Source: Catajapyx aquilonaris
Lineage: Eukaryota
Direction: 5' to 3'
NCBI GenBank assembly: GCA_000934665.2
Contig: JYFJ02000839.1
Span: 62,001 to 106,798, forward strand
Length of the DNA: 44,798 nucleotides
Under the pieces are notes generated by a model. The model did not search any database. It worked only from the letters and a program-made list of their open reading frames with translations, and had not been told where the DNA came from. Of the stretch, positions 14,150-27,505 are shown one piece after another. The translations under genes were made by a program, and so were the position numbers. The stretch's first letter is position 1. Every line of letters starts with the position of its first letter.

Positions 14150-17100
14150 GTGAGCATTCAGACCATTATTCAGACATTTTTTTATCGAGTCGTCATATAG
14201 CTTGTTTTGCCACCTCCATAAAAATTTGGCAGGAGAGAGAGACTATAGATATAGAATTTAGAATGACCAAGAGAAGAAAGGACCAGCTTGGAGGCGAAAT
14301 CGATAGATCCGCCTTAAAAAGCAATAAATGTATTCTGTTTATGGTTTATTTAGAAGGTATAAGGAATTGTAAAATTATGAGCCTAATCAGAAATGAAGTA
14401 AATCTATACATGTAAGTGTTTTCCAAGAGCCTTTAAATTAGAGTCTAAAAAGTACCGGTACCTTGTATGTAGCCATGATCTAGTTTAATAATTTCAGCTT
14501 GTTAACCCAAGCATAACTACTGTTGTTTATCAATCCAAAAAGTGAACTTTGACGCAGTTTTGATAATAAAATTAGTGCTAAAATTTTAAAATGAAATATT
14601 TTATGACGCAATTGAAGTACACTCATCAAAGTCTACGATATAGCGTTTGAAGCTTAAACATAGTATACATTTGGCACCCTACAAGTGCAAAATGAGACAC
14701 TCTAAAATTGTTAATTTAACTTACACGCAAATAATACATTTCCCCCTCACTAAAGTAACATTTGTTCATGTGTAACCTGCCTATAGTGTTGCACCTTAGC
14801 CTAACAATTCTGGAGCCTAACAAATCAGCCCATTTTGCAAATGAGCCGCAACTCTTTATAAACTCCCCTCGGGGCTAGAGCTCCTCTGTTCCGCATCTTG
14901 GTTTCGGCTGATTCAGTCACAGATTGACTAATTGCACGCCTGAGAACGGAATGCCCTCTACATCGTCCATTGAACGCACTTTTACTTTCAAGTCCAGAGG
15001 AAGTCGAGCGTAGCTCGAACCAGTTGCAAGGCTTCTCAAGCTTAGGAACATCATTTCCCACCCTCAACCTGCGCACCAATTCTGATCCCGAAGCTCTACA
15101 TTATTTAGATATGCATTAATTATTTTTGAGAGTCGGAGTGTGGGCTAGGTGGCACAGTCTCATTAGTCTGCCCTACAGAAAATCTGTTCCGTGGGATGAG
15201 ATTGCAGCCGGGGTTCGGGGAAGGCGTACAGGCGTCGGTATGCTCGCGACTCGCACACTAATCCCTCATTAGAAGCTTGCCTAAATACGCTTACTAGGAT
15301 TTAGGGAATAAGGACTGGACTTTGCCGATATGGGTTTTTATTTTGCTGGCTTGCACCTGTCTCTTCTGCGCCGTTGCATCGGGGGACTCGGCTCATATTC
15401 GGATGCCTTAGTTGTAATACTGTGCATCGGCCCTTTTTACAATACTTATTGCTAGATGAATGTAAAAGCCAGTATGTCACAAAGTATGGCGCAAGTATGA
15501 CATACTTGCGCCACACTTAACTTTGTGAACCACATTGTGGTTAATCATTTTAAAAATAAATTATTGCAAAAATTGGGTATGTGACTTTACCTCTGAGGTT
15601 TTAGTGACATGTGGGGGGGGGNGGGGGGGAGCTTCATCCTTGACCTTGGTAGTCAACGCTTCTTCATCCGGTCCTGTAATGCTAGACCCTCCCAGTGAGA
15701 GGGATGCGTAGGAAGATCGGGGAAAGAGGGAAGTGAGGGAGGGGAGGGATCGTGTTCGTGTCTGTACAGTATAAGTTATGGGCTGGTGGCTCCCTCAGCC
15801 GTGGGTTGGTAAAACAGAGTAGAACATACTACAGTTCGATAGAACATTTTGAAGTATTTGTTATTAGTGAAGTTTATTTTTCCCTGACTGCGTCATGTAC
15901 ACTATGTTTTGTTTTGAATTTGGCAGCCGAATCAAAATGATAACATGCAAATATTGTGAACATTGTGACCCATCTTGAGATTATATCAACCGCGTGTACA
16001 GTACCTAACCAGACACCAGAGAATTCGCATGTGTCGGTCATCTGAGATGGCAATGTATTACGCTCATCTGATTATCGCTGGATATGCCATTCATTGATAA
16101 TGCCACGAGGAAATGAATGAATGAGTGAATGAATGAATCTTGCGATTTGGCCCTGGATCTTTAAAAAAAAATCAATTATTTCCACGTGGCACATACCATT
16201 ACTATATGCCATTTTTTCATAAGTGAATATTATCCAATAATATCTATCTTGGGTAATTCTGAATTGTTAACTTTTATAATATATAGGGCCCACGGTATAT
16301 CTCTGCAAAAATTAAATCACAAAGAGTTGCGCCATTTTTCCAGCTATTTAAAAACTTGCTGATGATGTAGATTACATAATTATGCTAATAATATTTAGTA
16401 GACTGACTAAATTACAAAGGTAACTAAAGAATTCCTCTTAATGCTCACGTAGGATTTTCTCATTGCAGATATAGTTTTGCATTCATGCAATTAATGGAAT
16501 ACCAAGACTGAAATGCCAAAGAAATGTTCCTTCAAGTTCGGTGTTGTATACGAACGTGTATCAGACCTATATGAAGCAAAAGACCATTTCCAGCCGTTTT
16601 TCACGTTCCTGGCTCTAATACCCTCTCAATAGCCGCAAAAAATCTTTTGAAGAGGAGGCCGATTAAGGAGCTTAGGTTCTGACAGGCACAGTTGGAAGCG
16701 ACCCGCGACGGGCCCACGCTACAACTGCCAAGGCCGGCCAAGGACGGCTGAGTCTCTGCTGCAGTTGTATGCAGAGGACATTTACATAGCACCCAGACAA
16801 CTATACCCAGTTTAGATCCGGTCTACTGTTTGGTTGCTGTTCAAAATTTGAAGCTTTGAAAACGAGACTAACAATAGCGAACAATGACAAGCTAAGAGAA
16901 TCAACTACAACACGACGCTAGTGAACGTCGCTTCCAGGTTTGAAGCGCTTTAGCACAAGTTACACGACAGCGATGAATCGCTCTACGCGAAGCGGCTCCC
17001 TGAAAAGCGATAGAAGCTGCAACGTGACTTATATTATTTCCATGCACTTCCAAATCCGACTACACTCCAGCCGGGTAGCAAATATGTGCAATTCTTTAAT

Positions 17101-17498
17101 TCCAGTTAAACCATGTGTCAGCAAAAAAGAAAAAAAAACAGTAACAAAATTTGGTGTTTTCGATCCATGTGTTTAAAAACTCAGCTTGCCACATAGGCCT
17201 ACAAGCAAATATTTCGTCTCCAAAATTTATATAGCGAAACTACTGCATTAATAACAGTGGCAATAAAATCGATGCTGCCTGATGTATAGGTAACACAAAA
17301 TTCCGCTGAAGGACGCCGGAAATGACAAAGTTTGACAATGTACGTAGCGTCGATAGGTTTCTGGCAGATAAAGTTATACAATATATTGCCTCTCAGTGTA
17401 CAAAAAAAAGTCTTTGATAATATAACAATACATGCACTTTAAACTCGATACAGTAACTGTTCATGGAGGCGCTGATGCTACTTCAATATTATAAAATC

Positions 17499-17689
17499 AG
17501 GGGAGGTGTGGTGGCCGAGATCGTAACGTCTCGGCTTGCCGAGTGAAAGGTCCCAGGTTCGATCCCCGCCTGGCCTTTCACCTGCGTCGGAAGGGTCTTT
17601 GACCTACACCAAGGAGGTGTATGGTAACCTAACCTCCTGGGGACTGACCCTTATCGGGTTATAACGGGGTAATAGAGAGAGAGAAAATA
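17499..17689 (+). mobile_element. tRNA-derived SINE, family A
   Basis: Head AGGGGAGGTGTGGTGGCCGAGAT...GGTTCGATCCCC, almost identical to the copy at 41021-41229. 11-bp TSD ATTATAAAATC at 17488-17498 and 17690-17700. Confidence 0.9.
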
Positions 17690-19399
17690 ATTATAAAATC
17701 GAAGCTTATGAGTATATGCAGTTCTTCCATACTATCTGAAAATCCCTAACATTATGAATTACTATATACCCCCACACACCAAAACAATAACGACTTAAAT
17801 GGCGCATTAGTTAAAAGAAGAAAATACGCCAAATTTATAACGCTATTGTAACTACTCATTGTAAGTTGTGAATATGAGTAAAGATTAGCCTGCGTGAGGC
17901 CACATTTTTGACTATTTTTTCATATCATTTGTAGGCGTCTATAGTAAAAGTATCATTGACGACATTTGACGGGAACTCAATTGAGGTATAGTTTCACCAT
18001 TGGTTTGGTCTTCGAAATGCAGTGAAACGAAGGAATAGGACAAACTGGTACAGTAACAACAATGAGGAACCATTGGGTCGCGTGTGTGCGAGGGGCTTGT
18101 CCCTGCAGTCACGGTCATGTAAAGGCCGATCATTACATTCAGTATAATTCACTTCAACAAATCTCTTCTGGCAGTCATGATCCACAACGTTATCTTTAAA
18201 ACCACCCACTGCACCCCAACCCAAACACTATAACTTAGGACTAAGAACCTGGATGCATGGAAATGTCATGTCATCCCTACCCAAGGTACTAGTACCTTGA
18301 AAATTATCATGTACAAAACACGACAATACCACCTTTTTTTTTCGAGGGGCTTATTGTCATGCAAAGTTATCTTGGCTAGGTTGGGGTAGGGGGTATAGGA
18401 TAAGCCGGGGGATCAGGATTGCTACGAGATTGGTTCATTACAGTACTTAAGTCGGCTTACTGGGCTATAGGCTTTCGATTTTTGAACTCATTTCCTTTGT
18501 CTTGAACACTGTCGGTTTTTAAGAATTATGAAGGCCTGGATCTGGCTCTTCACTGCTAAGAGTATAGGAAACCATCCTTCAGAAGAGTTGAAGTACCACA
18601 TAGTAGCCAATTATATTTGTTCTCTTGGTTTTACATTTCGGTAGGCTACCAGACGGACTTAGGCAGGCATGAATGGCATTAAAACTAAAGCCTACCTTTA
18701 AAAAACCCATTAAATGCATGCCCTCCTAAAAAGTGAATTATTTGGAATTTAATATGCGGAAACCGAGAGTATTATTGATTACTTCCAGGAAGAGAAGTCA
18801 CTCACCAGTCAATCTAAAACGAGAGCTTCTTGGAATTCGCCTTTCCTTTTAAGAAAATAATGTAGCGCTTCTAACAAATAACATAGTTTTGGAGTACATT
18901 TTGGATCATTTCCTGTGTTCGGGCGTACAAAAAGCCCAGACAACCTAATTGCGCTGTGACCAATTGACTGTTCAAATATGCAGGTTCTTCTTTCTATCTT
19001 TTTCTAGAAGTCTGCAACCAGAAATAGGCAGGATTTTTACGCGGGTTTCACCAAAAAAAGACAAGTAAATAGGCCCCTTGTACAAGCTATACTTTTCACA
19101 AAGATTCAAAGTGGGAGGCAATAAGTGACCAGTATTTCGTCTGGAAATCAGGAGTGTGGAAGGGATTGATCTACGGTATTATGTACAGGTACAGTAGGTC
19201 ATATTCACGTCAAGGGCGCATACCGGCGGAAATGATAAGTTATAGGCTATACTAAAGTACCAACTGTTCCAGAATGTTCATAAAATAAGCATCTTAGGGT
19301 GAAAAAACGCTGTATATATAGAGCTATACTCTCTAATACCTTCTTAGTGACTGACAAATTAGGTGAAAGCTAAAGCAGGTGGGACAATTTATGTTTTAT

Positions 19400-19625
19400 C
19401 GATCACCTCCGAAACCTCTTCAGATTGAGGTGGAAATTTGTAGATGACAAGATAGTAATAAGGTGTTAAAGCTAGTGCAATGCAATGGCGGAATATTACT
19501 TCAATCGAATCACCCACTTCCTCACGAGAGGTCACTGAAAAGGTTATTAACGAGACCAATTGAGAGATCTTCAACATTTTGTTTCGTACCTCTTACATTT
19601 TTATATGCTGCATGGACATACGTAC
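19400..19625 (-). pseudogene. Possible decayed LINE apurinic-endonuclease (APE) N-terminal relic
   Basis: One minus frame reads YKNVRGTKQNVEDLSIGLVNNLFSDLS*GSG*FD*S...*RGFGG. The NVRG to RG.GG spacing (~60 aa) is like that of APE domains. Several stops; judged by eye only. Confidence 0.4.
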
Positions 19626-19818
19626 AGGTGTTCCAAGTACCTGGGTAGCTTTAGTCAAGTGATATGAAATTTCGGTCGAATCTGTAATTTTTCTGTAACT
19701 TGTTGAACCCCGGTCCATCAGTACCCTGTTCTCGTAACAACTGCCGTATTCGACCACCTGGAAATAATAGGGTTCTTCGTACCTATAGATCTTTGCAACA
19801 AACTACACAAAAATAACT

Positions 19819-19904
19819 ATACTTCGGGCGATTTTAGCAGAGCTGCTAAAATCGCCCGAAGTATGGATATTTTTATAGGTCTTTTTTAGCTCTAAAAAAG
19901 ACCT
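19819..19904. repeat. Two adjacent perfect palindromes
   Basis: 22-bp arms with an AG spacer (19819-19864) and 13-bp arms with a CT spacer (19877-19904). Confidence 0.95.
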
Positions 19905-20803
19905 CGACACTTAGAACACCTTATACATCATCTTTACTTCCTCCAGCATATTTACTAGTACAAGGCATCGATGATGTTGGAGAAACTGCATGGAATATCT
20001 GTCATGTAAGCCTACACATATCCGAGTTACGTCATTGTGAAGAAAACCATTCATCTGCCATTCATCCTTTCAATTAATTTATATGTAGACATCCTAGATA
20101 GCCCTACAAATTAACCAGGAGATATGAAATCTCACTGCACGTGCTCTGTATAGTACGTTTGTGTACGTTCTTTACGGGGCCTGTCAACTGCTGAAAGTCA
20201 TTTCTGACCTTGACCTAGTAGTGTTTTTCACATGATCCTACGGGGTTGAGTCTGGAGGGTCAGGGGGAAAAAAAATTATATTTTCCCATATACCGAAGTG
20301 GAGCCGACTGCGTCTCTGCGCTCCTGCAGGCTATATCATAACGATCCCGACAAACATTAAGAGTGAACTTCTGCTTAGTAAGAGTCACTTTATGTAGGAG
20401 TGAAATTTGGTCTCCCCAGACTAGTTACCGAGATAATGGGTTTTTATTATGTAGTATCATGCATATCCGGGAAATTAGGGAATAACTCTTATTATGCGTC
20501 GATGGATAGTGCTGGGAAACAAGAAACTGCCGCAACATATTATGGGCGTTTTCTAAACCAGCCATCATGACACAAAATTCGCGTCCTGACATTTTCGTTT
20601 AGTCCAGAAAGCGTTCTTTTTTTCCGCCCAATGGCCGTTTTCGGGGTTTGAGCCTAACCACCGCATGTACAGTACAACTGCCATTCAATTGACAGCGCAG
20701 TAATTAAACCTCACAAAATCTGTTCCAAAGACGCTCACTATATATAGCTTACATGCTGACTGCGGCTGCCTACAGCGACGTACAGTACCACTAATTGCCT
20801 TAC

Positions 20804-21082
20804 CTGCTCAAAAGTCCTGCCGTCAGCGGTAACCGCAACCGTACGGGAAGTTGCACAAAGAACACATTGCATAGAACTTCCGAGAACACTGGCGGAGAGA
20901 TTCCTTCAGAAACGGTCATCCGACACGTCCTCTTCCTCTGCAAAACTCGTCGTTGGAGCACTGTATGACCTTCTCAAGTCAATCTGCCGCCCACGGAGAC
21001 GAGGTCTAGCGCTCTTGTTGTCTTACTCCATGTTGAAATAAACTCTTCTATATGCTGCTTCTACGACACAATTAGCGAGACT
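20804..21082 (-). other. Candidate first (5') exon of a minus-strand gene
   Basis: Inr TCAGTC (A at 21082), CpG-rich body and strong donor CAG|GTAAGG at 20803. Upstream are CACGTG (21122-21127) and two GATAAG sites (~21134-21148). Confidence 0.35.
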
Positions 21083-21210
21083 GAATAAAGGTGTGCCATT
21101 ATCATCCTAAGTAAAATTCCGCACGTGCTGGCCAGATAAGCTGATAAGCGACTGTCAAATGCATACTACATGATTAAGAAGCGGTTGCAGGTCATCGGTT
21201 GTGGTTTGTG

Positions 21211-21366
21211 CAGCAAGGTGACATAGTGGTTACTGCCACCTCTGAGGTTCAGCGTTCGATTCCCGGGTCGGACAGACTTTCTTTATGTGGAATGAATTTT
21301 GGTTGGTTTTCTCTCCATACTCGCATGAATTTTCTCGGGGTTCTCCCATTTCTATACTATTCAAAT
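21211..21366 (+). mobile_element. Degenerate copy of SINE family B
   Basis: Collinear similarity to the 38955 element (GCCACCTCTGAGGT...GTTCGATTCCCGGGTCGGAC...TTATGTGGA...TTTTCTCGGGGTTCTCCC). Boundaries approximate; no TSD seen. Confidence 0.7.
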
Positions 21367-21871
21367 TTCTTCAGAAGCTCATGAGGTGCCTAGAAGACTG
21401 ATGAGTACCATTAGGTGGGATAATTTCATGGCTTCCCAGGTGTCTGGACTGAGCACTGATTTTCTCTCTCTGGGGTTATGCGAAAAACATTTCCTACTAC
21501 GTATGCCAAGATCAAAAATTACCTTCATCAGTTGACAGGCCGAATAAGCTACGCTTTAGATATACGCTTACCTCCAACATGCTGCAAATCACGTGGATTA
21601 AGATCGAATATCGCTTGCATGCAGTATATTGCGTCTGTCGTGCGTCCTATAGTGCCCAGAGTGAAATTAATTTGTAAGATGCTCTACTTTGCATGCTATA
21701 ACCCAATTAGCGTACATGGACGAGTAAGTTATAGTAAACCGATTTTGAGATGAACTAGAAAAATCCTCGCTTATTCGATCGTATTTTTCTAGGGCCCAAG
21801 CCTGTGGTGGTGGAGGCCATATTGTTAATCTCTTCGGACTTAGCCAGCGATGTTGCCTATGGATGCAACGA

Positions 21872-22399
21872 AAGACATAGAGATGGATAGACCGCTTAAC
21901 CCAATGCCGCCAGAGCCATCATACTGAAGTCGAAAAAAACTTTGGCCGCCATGACAGTAGCGGGAAAAACAGGGTAAATCAAATCACGTTCCAAATTGTG
22001 TTTGCTTGGGTGGTTGCTTGTATGGTACTTGGCAGAATTTAGCGCTTTCGGTAGTTATTTTGATAGGTATTTAAGGAAACTAATTTCTAAATCGAATTCA
22101 TACGGTTACTGACCTGTAGACCTGACCTTGGCGAATAGAGTGAATCCGGAAAACCGGAAGTACCGGTATAGTAAGTTGACCATGAAACCTATTTTGGCAC
22201 GCTGAATTCGAATTCTAAATCCGTTTATTGAATATTTGTTGAATATAATCTCCCTATGAACTTACTGTCCTAGCAGCAATGCCTCATTTTAACCTTATTT
22301 GCGACATTTCCCGCAATTCTTTTCCTTTACTGTCATGACCGCCGGAATTTCAATTCGATTCAAGATGGCCGCCGGTTAAGCAGTCTATTTCTCTGTCTT
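21872..22399. mobile_element. Degenerate inverted-repeat DNA element (old MITE)
   Basis: Left end AAGACATAGAGATGGATAGACCGCTTAACC...GCCATGACAGTA mirrors right end TACTGTCATGACC...GGTTAAGCAGTCTATTTCTCTGTCTT. No clear TSD. Confidence 0.45.
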
Positions 22400-22658
22400 G
22401 GATCCAACAACCATAAGAAACTCCCCCTCTACCCACCCTCCCTCCTTTTCAAGGGTAGGCCCTAGTAAGTATAGTAAAAATACGGTAGACCAAGATGGCT
22501 CTGCCGCCAGCTGTCATGCTGAATCTACCGAACGTTGTACAACAATAGAAGGCAGTTGTTGCCCCTCGTTGCCATGACTCCGTCCCTCATCTACAGGCAA
22601 CTGATATCATAGACTGCACTTCTGGAACCTCCCTCTTCAAGTTTCCATGGAAATGACA

Positions 22659-22713
22659 TCAACAATATGAGTAAGCAGTGCAACAAAAGTACACTATTTA
22701 CTCATATTGTTGA
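22659..22713. repeat. Inverted repeat / hairpin
   Basis: TCAACAATATGAGTAAGCAGTG pairs with CACTATTTACTCATATTGTTGA (22-bp arms, 2 mismatches, 11-nt loop). Confidence 0.85.
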
Positions 22714-25700
22714 GTGAGGGGGCCAATCGGAAGTGTCGGGCAAACAATACGATGTATGGCCCGGGCCAATCGGAAGTCTTGCACAAGCAAGGATTTTAAT
22801 ATTCATATAGATTATTATTATTATTAGTCTACGGTATTATTATACTATTAGGTCTATTATTTTTGGGTAATTATCAAAAGCACCCTGCAACCCCTGACGC
22901 TGCGAGTTCTCAGTGAAATGAAATGTGCTCTAGCCTCTAGGCCCTACTATACTTGAAACGATTGGTGCCGAGGTGGTGCCGATCTCTGAATGACGCAATT
23001 CAATTCCGAGTTGGGGCAATTCCGATCTGAATTAAAGGCAATCAATTCAAGTAAATATATGTTACCATTTTAGTTCAATTCAACTTATGTAGGAACGTTA
23101 TAAATTCCGAATTTACTCCGAATGAATTCAAACCCAAATTGATGACATATCACTGTCTTCCCGTAATTGGCAGTCTGTAATAATTTTAATATTAAAGGGT
23201 TGAGTCATTCGCTACTGCAAATATACTGTATAATACCAAGAGCTCATGATATAATACTGTATCGTATATGCAATATCGAATGAACGAAACATTTTTATCT
23301 TTATCAGATTTAAGAGTTCTACCATCCGGGTATATTACTGTAATATTCCTACACTGAACATTCCTAAAATACGGTATCTTCTGGCATACAGGGCAACCAC
23401 GTGCAGCAAGAAAATTGTGAACTATAACTCCTAGTCGGTCAGAACACATCTACTAACCGAATAATATCATATTACGGTTAAGCCGGTGTATATTGAGTAT
23501 ATCCTCTTCAGTTTACGGTAAGAAGTGTATTGTTAAATGTGAAAAACCCCTAACTTGCCCTACTGAAAAATACTCTGAGAAACGTCTACAATAATGCTTG
23601 TAGCCTAAGTGTCAGCATCGGCCATGGTATTATTCACTGGCTGTTAGCGAAATGGATATGCTACACTCCGATGCCAGTTTTTTTTTTTTTTTCAGTACGG
23701 AATGTAACCATGAGACCTATCCATTATAAGCTTTGAGGAAAAGAAAAAGCAAAAAAAAGTGTGGGTGGAGAGTAAAGATCACTTTCACGACCGTTCTTCC
23801 CTTGAAGGCATAAATGGACAGACCAGATGCATTTATGCTGAACATAATGCGATATTATCATTCTAGACGTCGTTTCATTGCAGGCCACTGCACTTACTGT
23901 GAAGGAATTTCAGAACATTACTGCAATTGATGTGGCCTATTCATTGCAGCCTATTTATCATTCCGGACTTTTTTTTTTGTCTGGTAAAAAAAACATCTCT
24001 TTGCGTGCACTGCAATTGCGTTCAGAAAAAAAGCGGTGTGCAAAACCTTGAAAATGACTTTTATGAAGGTCAAGCAAAATGGAGAGAGAAAAATAAAACG
24101 CTACGGAATACGGTCGGCATGACACGAAACAATTTCGCGCCACTTGGAGACATCGGTAATAAACCAAGGGATGTTAATTCGGTCGCAAAATTCTAGAACA
24201 GAAAGTGATCACCAACACCCGGAAAAACCGGGAAACGTTCACTTCCTATGGGGCCCTCCAATTAGATACCTTTATAACGTTCCTTCGAGACCGTCTGAGA
24301 ATCTCACGCTTCATTAATTCATTCTTTTGTTTTTCTCCCCTACCTTTTTCTGATTGGGCGTTTTCTATAGAAGCCTTTGATGTTATTTTCTTCTTTTCTG
24401 CCACTTTTAGTCACCTATAATTTCGTCCAGACAGCGGCAAGGAAGCGTGAAAATAACGAACACCAATCAACGTGACGCTTAATTGCTACTTGAGCTGCTG
24501 ACATATCGCCCACGCCAAGTTTGACCCAAAATACTGTCCAAAACGACAACAAACTCAAATTCCGAATTGTCCGTTTCCCCCAAAAATTTGACAGTTGTCA
24601 CACGTGGAATCAAAATGGCGCGCTTGACAAGTATGATTGCTGCTGGATTCAAGAAAGGAACATGGCCCAGTTCCCCGTGGAACTTGGGCGTGTAATTTGA
24701 GAATCGAAGGGCAGATGCCAGCCAAGTCAGACGCCAATAAAACGCGCAAGTGGATCTGGGAAACAGACCAACCCCTTTTGCCAGGCCTGTCCTATATACC
24801 CCTTTTTTGACCAGGGCCTCCAGACCTGACGAGAGATGAAAAAGCTGCAGGCCAGCAAAATAAGAGTGGCCTCTCGGCTTTCACACAGGGCCAGATTATG
24901 TGTCTTTGAGGCGTCAGTAACATTCCATCAGAAGCTGAGGATCTTGTGGGGGAAGATTCAAGCTATTTCTTCTAAGGGCTAGAGCTAGAACTCTCAAAAT
25001 GACTGTTAAGGTCATACTGAATGCTTGAGGATGGGAATGAAGCCAATATAAATCATTAGTTGGTGCGTAGGAGTCCAGGCACATTCTGACGCATTTGTCT
25101 GTATTTTTGGTGTAGATGTGAGCCAATTAGAGATATAGATCATACACGCCTTCGACCACAGTAATTGGATGAAGTTTGGTAGATGCAGGAGGTGACATAT
25201 TATGCCTGATGGCATTGTGTGGACAAACTGTATTGTTATTTGTTGAAAGGAGAATGTAGTTATTTCAGTCCAAAAGTTCCGTATAGAGTATATCACGACA
25301 TAGACCTTGCGGATGGAAATGCGACATCTCGAAAAAGTTTACGGGTACCTCTGTACATTGGAATCATAAATCCACAGCCATCTGAATGTTCTTTAACTTT
25401 TGGTCGAATGACTGTAGGTTATTATATATGCGCGGGAGTGTTTCTTCTCCGTTGCGCAATACTGCTATACAGGGTTGCAATCCTTATAATACCCATGTCT
25501 TCTTGTGCTCATATTCCTCACTAGGGAATAATATTGCTCTTTGCAACATTTCCATTGCTCCAGCAGTCATTTTATTATCTCACGAGTCAGTTCCGACTCC
25601 TCTTTCTTCAATTGCATAGTTTCACTAACTTATCTCGTTAACAATTTTATGCACCATTTGTACTAAAAATCTCCAGTCGCAAATAATAAAATGATACTAT

Positions 25701-26390
25701 ATACAGATTCCCTACCTTATTAAGCGGCTTACTTACGAAATTAAAATACCCCTAGGACCAACGTGTATTAACACCGGTTTTATGATGCTCATAGGCTAAC
25801 TGGCGTTAAAATCCCAGGTCAAAGTGCAAAGGGGGTGCATTTGGCATAAAGAACCTGATTTCCTCATATACCATACTATCGCACAGCAGCACTCGATATA
25901 CTGAAAAATCAGTCATCTATACGCGTATGCCTTGATGAGAGGGAAGTTCATGATGGTCAGGCTTTATACCTCTCTAGCCACCATTTCACCTCCATCCGTT
26001 TCTTCAATACGTAGACTAAATAGCGAGTCCATTCAGGACATTCAGTGGTTTTTTCTTGCCGAGAGTCGGAGTACAGTACAGGGACGAAATCAGATGCGCT
26101 ACTAGTATACATATAACTTAGGTCTATACAGTACGGTATGTTTCTGAATGAATAAAGTGCTTACCATATTGCATCAGATCACACGTATGTTTCAAATTTT
26201 CCTCTTTCTTTCGGCAGATGAACCATATGTACTGTACTTTTCACAGTAGCTTACTGTATATATATGATACGCGTGAAATGAATTGAGAATATCTTGATAC
26301 ACGTATTTCTATATTGACTAGCAGGACGGTGATTATCGGAAAATGAAGAACTCAGTTGGTGACCACTTGTTTGTGACCTCATTTGACTTC

Positions 26391-26471
26391 TCGAAACTAT
26401 AGCCACATATGTAGGTATCTTGTGTCCAGCTTGTGTCCGACCCGGGGATCGAACTGGGGACCTCAAAGTGG
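26391..26471 (-). mobile_element. Fragment of SINE family B head
   Basis: Reverse complement CCACTTTGAGGTCCCCAGTTCGATCCCCGGGTCGGAC...GATAC...TATGTGGCTATAGTTTCGA aligns with 38995-39060. Confidence 0.65.
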
Positions 26472-27505
26472 TGCTATTTGTAATTATTGGGTTGTCAATT
26501 TTTTTAAAATTTTAACAGTAACATTTTCTCTGTGCATCATGGACAGTTAGAGAATGATAATAATAGATGCACAACTGAAACTGCTGGAGAAGAACACATG
26601 ACAATGTCTGACTGCTCAGTGCTATCCTTACACGAACATTTAAAGTGGGTCATCTTTGAGCGTCCAGACCACCCGACGGTTCACACCTTGTACCAATGAC
26701 CTCACTTGTTTGGCTACCACCATAAAATTTATTGCAGCTCAGAGCCTAGGGAGAGACCAAGAGACGAAAGAATAGGTTCGTCGGCGAGACTTCTCGGATC
26801 GTCAACTTGAGAAGGGGAACACCTTGTATAGAGTACTGTACGGTACCATTTCGGTCTGTCATTGTGTATAGTCGGCAGAGAGAGAGTGTCAGAAAGGAAT
26901 GGAGCTGGGTGAGAATTGTGGGGATCTTGGTGAATTATGAAAGTTGACTGAACCCTTTTGCACTACAGCCTGCATGCCTGTACGCTGTATAACATGCCCT
27001 ATATAGGAAGGATCCAAACAGTGTAACCAAGTATAGGCAAAATTTCCAGTTGACTTAATTACGAGTTTACTGCTAAAGGCGCCAGCACAATATGCAAGAT
27101 CAAGTTACAAATGTATTAATTCAAAATCCTACGACATAGGGTATGCAAACTCACCAAATTGTACCATCTAATAAAAATCAACTTGCTATATTACAAAGCG
27201 TAGCCTACACTGTGTCAATTTCATGGTCACATGGCATAACATAAGGCGCTGCAACACGATTTATCATATTTAATGCAGCCATGGATGGCCACTAGTTTCA
27301 AGCACTTTGAATCATGAAACACGAGGCAAAGTTGTGTTCCGCAATGCCCAACAACAGGTCACAGATGAGGTCATGGTACTGAAGTCGGGTGCTGTATAGT
27401 CGTGGAAGGTGTTGCCCCTCCTGTCCCGCCCAGCATTTCCTTCGGATGTCAGGGACAGTGACCGGCACATCGCACTATTTCTAAATGTTTGAGTGAGCAT
27501 ATACT

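Noticed and set aside
15613..15629. G/C homopolymers containing N (also ~41685 and ~43131) as G-quadruplex signals
   Set aside because: Ambiguous bases show the run lengths are unreliable assembly positions.
17500..17575. tRNA-like heads at 9445, 17499, 38955 and 41229 as functional tRNA genes
   Set aside because: They lack a closed acceptor stem and continue into SINE bodies flanked by target-site duplications.
22997..23140. AATTC-rich segments here and at ~8740-8850 as a repeat family
   Set aside because: Similar composition, but I could not align them or define termini.
24914..25296. Weak resemblance to a LINE C-terminal zinc-binding region (AHIY...KCVRMC)
   Set aside because: Lacks the downstream H/C ligands; too weak to call without an HMM search.
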